From: an uncultured Janthinobacterium sp.
GTDB taxonomy: Bacteria; Vulcanimicrobiota; Vulcanimicrobiia; Vulcanimicrobiales; Vulcanimicrobiaceae
DNA: 16,795 bases
Direction of reading: 5' to 3'
Assembly (NCBI GenBank): GCA_964658025.1
Contig: CAZZXB010000065.1
Coordinates: 1-16,795, forward strand
In this document: positions 14,701 to 16,795 of the stretch, one piece after another
Position numbering within the stretch: position 1 is the stretch's first letter
How the letters are laid out: every line of letters starts with the position of its first letter
The notes under the pieces: generated by a model
Seen by the model: the letters and a program-made list of their open reading frames with translations, nothing else
Database searches by the model: none
Told to the model about the DNA's origin: nothing
Made by a program: the position numbers and the translations under genes

Positions 14701-16795
14701 ACCGCGAAGATCCGGCCCGGCCGCAGATGCGCGACCGAGAGCGCGCCCCCCGCGTCCGTTCCGGCGATCGAGAGCGCCGCCCCCGCTCCGCCGTCGAGCG
14801 GGCCGCCGGCGACGACGCTCCCGCCGCCGAGCGAGGCCGTCGCGCCGTAGACCGCGATCGCGCCGTTCGAAACCGCGACCGTGCCCGCGAGGCGGCCGAG
14901 CGCGAGACCGTTCACGCGTGCGTCGGGCGTGCGCAGACCGGCCGTCTGGACGAGCGTCCGGCGCGCGTCGACGAGAAGCCGGACGGGCCCCGAGACGGCG
15001 CCCGTCGCGCCGAGCCGCCCCGTCAACGTCGCGAGCCGGGCGAAATCGCCGTCGTACCGACCGTCGAGCGCGAGGCGACCGTCGCCGTACGCCCCGTTCC
15101 CCGCGAAGCGCCCCCACGGACCGCTCCCGGTCGCGCGGCGGAGCGAGACCGCGCGGAACGAACCCGCGACGTCCGTTTCGGCCCGGTCGAGCGCGAAGGT
15201 GCCGACGCGCATCGCGCGCCCGCTCGCGTGACCCGCGATGCGGAACGCCGACGGCGGCCCGTCGCCGACGAGCGCGCCGCTGAGCCGCCCGGCGAAGGAC
15301 GGCGCGGCGAGCGCGAGTCCCGGCAGACGCGGCGCCGCGCCGAGATCGGCGAACGGGTAGTCGTGCGCGGCGAGCCAGAACGCGCTCTCGCTCGCCGACC
15401 GATGGAGCGCGAACGCGCCCGCGAGCGTCCCGCCGTCGGCCCGCTCGAGCGCGAACGGTCCGAAGCGCCCTTCGCCGCTCGGGTCCACGTGGAACGCGCC
15501 GGCGAGCGCCGTCCCCGCTCCCCTTCCGGCGATCGTCCCGCGCGCGTCGAGTCGGAGCGCGTCGCCTTCGAGCAGCCCGATCGCCTCGGCGCGCAACCTG
15601 GGGGCGGCTTGCGCGAGATACGGGATCCGCCCGACGGGACCGACGGCATCCGCGACGAGCCGGGTTCGCGCGACCGTGCCGAGATCGATCGCGCCGTTCG
15701 CGCCGACCGCGAGGCCGCCGTACGCGCCCGCGATCCCGACGAGGTCGACGGCGCCGCCCGCGTAGATCGCGCGCCCCGAGAACGCGTCGATCGGAAAGGC
15801 GCCGTAGCGCGCGCGCGGCGCCGCGACGCGGGTCGCGACGAGCGGCGTCCCCGCGGGCCCCTCCAAGAGCGTTTCGATCCGCGCCGCGCCCGCGATCGGC
15901 ACGCGCCGCGCGAAGGTGAAGAGCGCGCGCGTGCGCGCGAGATCGTCGTTCGCCCGGAGCGCGAGCCGGAACGTCGGTCGCGTGCGATCGAAGAGTCCGC
16001 CCGCGAGCGCGACGTCGAGCGGGCCGAGCCGCGCGCGGATCCCGGGCGTCGTCACGGCGTCGTCGGAGAGATCGATCGGTCCGCGCATCCCGCGCGCGAG
16101 CGGCAGCAGCCCCGGAACGTGCATCGCCCCGTCGCGGAGCGTCGCGCGGCCGGCGACGTGGTACGCGAGATCGCCGCCCGGCGTCGCGAAGGCGTACGCG
16201 CGCAGATCGACGTCGTCGACCCGCGCGCGCGTGAAGCTCGCGCTCCGCGTATTGATGAAGTAATCGACGAGCGGTTCGAGATCGAGCGTCCGCGCGCGCA
16301 GCCGGTGCGTCGCGAACCCGCGCGCGACGTCCACGCGGCCGGCGACCGCGACGGGCCGCGCCCCGAAGGTCGCCGCGAAGCGATAGGCGGTCGCGGCGCC
16401 CGTATCGACCGCCGCGTCCCCCGCGACGGCATCGAGCGCGAGCGTCCGCGACTCGGGGAGGACGCGCGCGGCGTCGACGAGCGCGATCCGACCCCCGCGC
16501 ACGCGTAGCGAGAAGCGCAGCGGCGCGGGCGCGACGCCGGCCGACCCGCTCGCGGCCGCCGGGGCGACGGGCGCCGTCGCGGCCGCGCCGCCGAGGACGA
16601 ACGAGCCGTCGGGCCGACGGACGAGGGTCAGTTCGGGCCGGTCGAGCGCGAGCGCGACGAGCCCGTATCGGTGCGCCCCCGCGGAGACGAGCTCGCGCGC
16701 CCGAAACGTGACGCGCACCTCGCGCGCGGCGAGCACGGTCACGCCGCCGACCGGAACGCCGGTCCACGTGGAAGCCGCACAGCAGCAGATCAACG
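11751..16795 (-). CDS. tamB: Translocation and assembly module TamB (AsmA-like, C-terminal DUF490), 5'-truncated
   Basis: About 1680 codons of Gly/Ala-rich amphipathic beta-strands with recurring G-x4-P-x-V/L units. C-terminal DUF490-like region (LDFDLSADKNVRI...GTVTF...PTLDATA...LTSDPAYDREQILGLLL) ending in Phe. Directly upstream of bamA. No N-terminal TM anchor within the window. Confidence 0.88.
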   Translation of the reverse strand, partial: LICCCAASTWTGVPVGGVTVLAAREVRVTFRARELVSAGAHRYGLVALALDRPELTLVRRPDGSFVLGGAAATAPVAPAAASGSAGVAPAPLRFSLRVRGGRIALVDAARVLPESRTLALDAVAGDAAVDTGAATAYRFAATFGARPVAVAGRVDVARGFATHRLRARTLDLEPLVDYFINTRSASFTRARVDDVDLRAYAFATPGGDLAYHVAGRATLRDGAMHVPGLLPLARGMRGPIDLSDDAVTTPGIRARLGPLDVALAGGLFDRTRPTFRLALRANDDLARTRALFTFARRVPIAGAARIETLLEGPAGTPLVATRVAAPRARYGAFPIDAFSGRAIYAGGAVDLVGIAGAYGGLAVGANGAIDLGTVARTRLVADAVGPVGRIPYLAQAAPRLRAEAIGLLEGDALRLDARGTIAGRGAGTALAGAFHVDPSGEGRFGPFALERADGGTLAGAFALHRSASESAFWLAAHDYPFADLGAAPRLPGLALAAPSFAGRLSGALVGDGPPSAFRIAGHASGRAMRVGTFALDRAETDVAGSFRAVSLRRATGSGPWGRFAGNGAYGDGRLALDGRYDGDFARLATLTGRLGATGAVSGPVRLLVDARRTLVQTAGLRTPDARVNGLALGRLAGTVAVSNGAIAVYGATASLGGGSVVAGGPLDGGAGAALSIAGTDAGGALSVAHLRPGRIFAVGRVTVARRVPTFDGGFAERDGDFDGLGLTTNADVRFSSAHLGIRGADGVVGRSVGSFDGTVENVGTVRARYDLGMRLPAIPLAPLVLSAAPDRTDVAGTVDADLRVRGPVEHLHVSGLVAAPEGTINGLAFRDFSSRLDVVPDHYFLRRGDVIVGSTDARFAGSVGRGDASFRLDAPHADLEDFDDYFDAGDTLEGTGRIRARFYKRGKTIGTTANVAIANLRYRRFDLGDLAARWTSHDARAEGRIAFGGASGTLDTAGVLSLARNVPIERLLARSAFDGTTTLRGLDLGVWLPALGYQVPIGGRLDADAKIAGSLVNPDVRTTVSLARGTIGSFPVDRLSVVASSTVHRTRIEHAELALPSLALTASGTVGTGGTDPVAVNVHAKATDLGALAARLSAGDLELGGTAEADIDVSGTRDRPLVRGGFDVEAARIRGVAIPRALGEVSLSGRDVMLSDVELDFAKGALQIAGSVPFEISPFGFGPERAPIALDAVANGIDLASFAPLLPTGSELAGTLDGRIGVEGTAGAPRVLGTLSLARGTLRTPLETVPLEQIAARVRFGGNVANVEAFRAVAGGGTLVGDGTVTFPDLVHPTVDATYALELRGKNVALNLPAYGAGRVEGFLTLAHRRAGLARLSGDLGVSDAVIPFSALVGASGGSGTSGGAGGFVPQLALDFDLSADKNVRIRSAAVDIGSTGRVHVGGTYVAPVLSGSFASTGGTLAYVNTVFRLQNGTVTFAPDLGLVPTLDATAVAHVIDPDPNTVRNASGSADVTLAVSGPATSLTIGLTSDPAYDREQILGLLLDAPVLGASNLFGDNAQRVTPYGSTSTTGLSPAVAATRNTNGSISVAQEAFGIANAQFTRNLLAPFETTFAGALGLSNFNLNVDYTGNVGLSARKNLGKRVNAIYATSFGYPYRQTFGFEYKPNPLEAAQVTVFQTVGAYGLDSLAPSNGLITSTTRLQSAQPNSGSVGFSLGLQRLF

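Noticed and set aside
143..16508. Many long plus-strand ORFs (e.g. 143..2116, 7028..8437, 10415..11833, 13983..16508)
   Set aside because: They are antisense shadows of well-supported minus-strand genes in very GC-rich DNA, with R/A/S-rich composition and no recognisable motifs.
14074..16767. 897-aa minus-strand ORF overlapping tamB
   Set aside because: Arg-rich alternative frame caused by scarcity of stop codons.
1..16795. Abundant CGCGCG, GCGAGCGCG and GTCGAC/CGATCG words as repeats, CRISPR or mobile elements
   Set aside because: They reflect codon usage (CTC GCG, GTC GAC, GCG ATC). I saw no regularly spaced repeat-spacer array, terminal inverted repeats, transposase or RNA gene.

Overview
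Very GC-rich bacterial window that is almost entirely one minus-strand outer-membrane and lipid A biogenesis operon. In transcription order: tamB (5'-truncated), bamA (4 POTRA), three Skp/OmpH-type genes (tandem-domain, long lipoprotein, mini lipoprotein), lpxD, lpxC, fabZ, lpxA, lpxB (frameshifted near its 3' end), a single-domain UshA/5'-nucleotidase-like metallophosphoesterase, an LpxB-related GT-B protein (NGHGE motif), and an O-antigen ligase-like membrane protein (3'-truncated). Nearly all junctions are stop/start overlaps. The layout resembles the outer-membrane gene cluster of diderm Terrabacteria; Eremiobacterota/Vulcanimicrobiota is my inference only. The most interesting item: the window has no lpxH, lpxI or lpxG, but a metallophosphoesterase coupled to lpxB carries an LpxH-like GNR motif on a UshA-type scaffold, making it a candidate new class of UDP-2,3-diacylglucosamine hydrolase. 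The 1039-aa ORF in the track results from the lpxB frameshift. All plus-strand ORFs look like antisense shadows.
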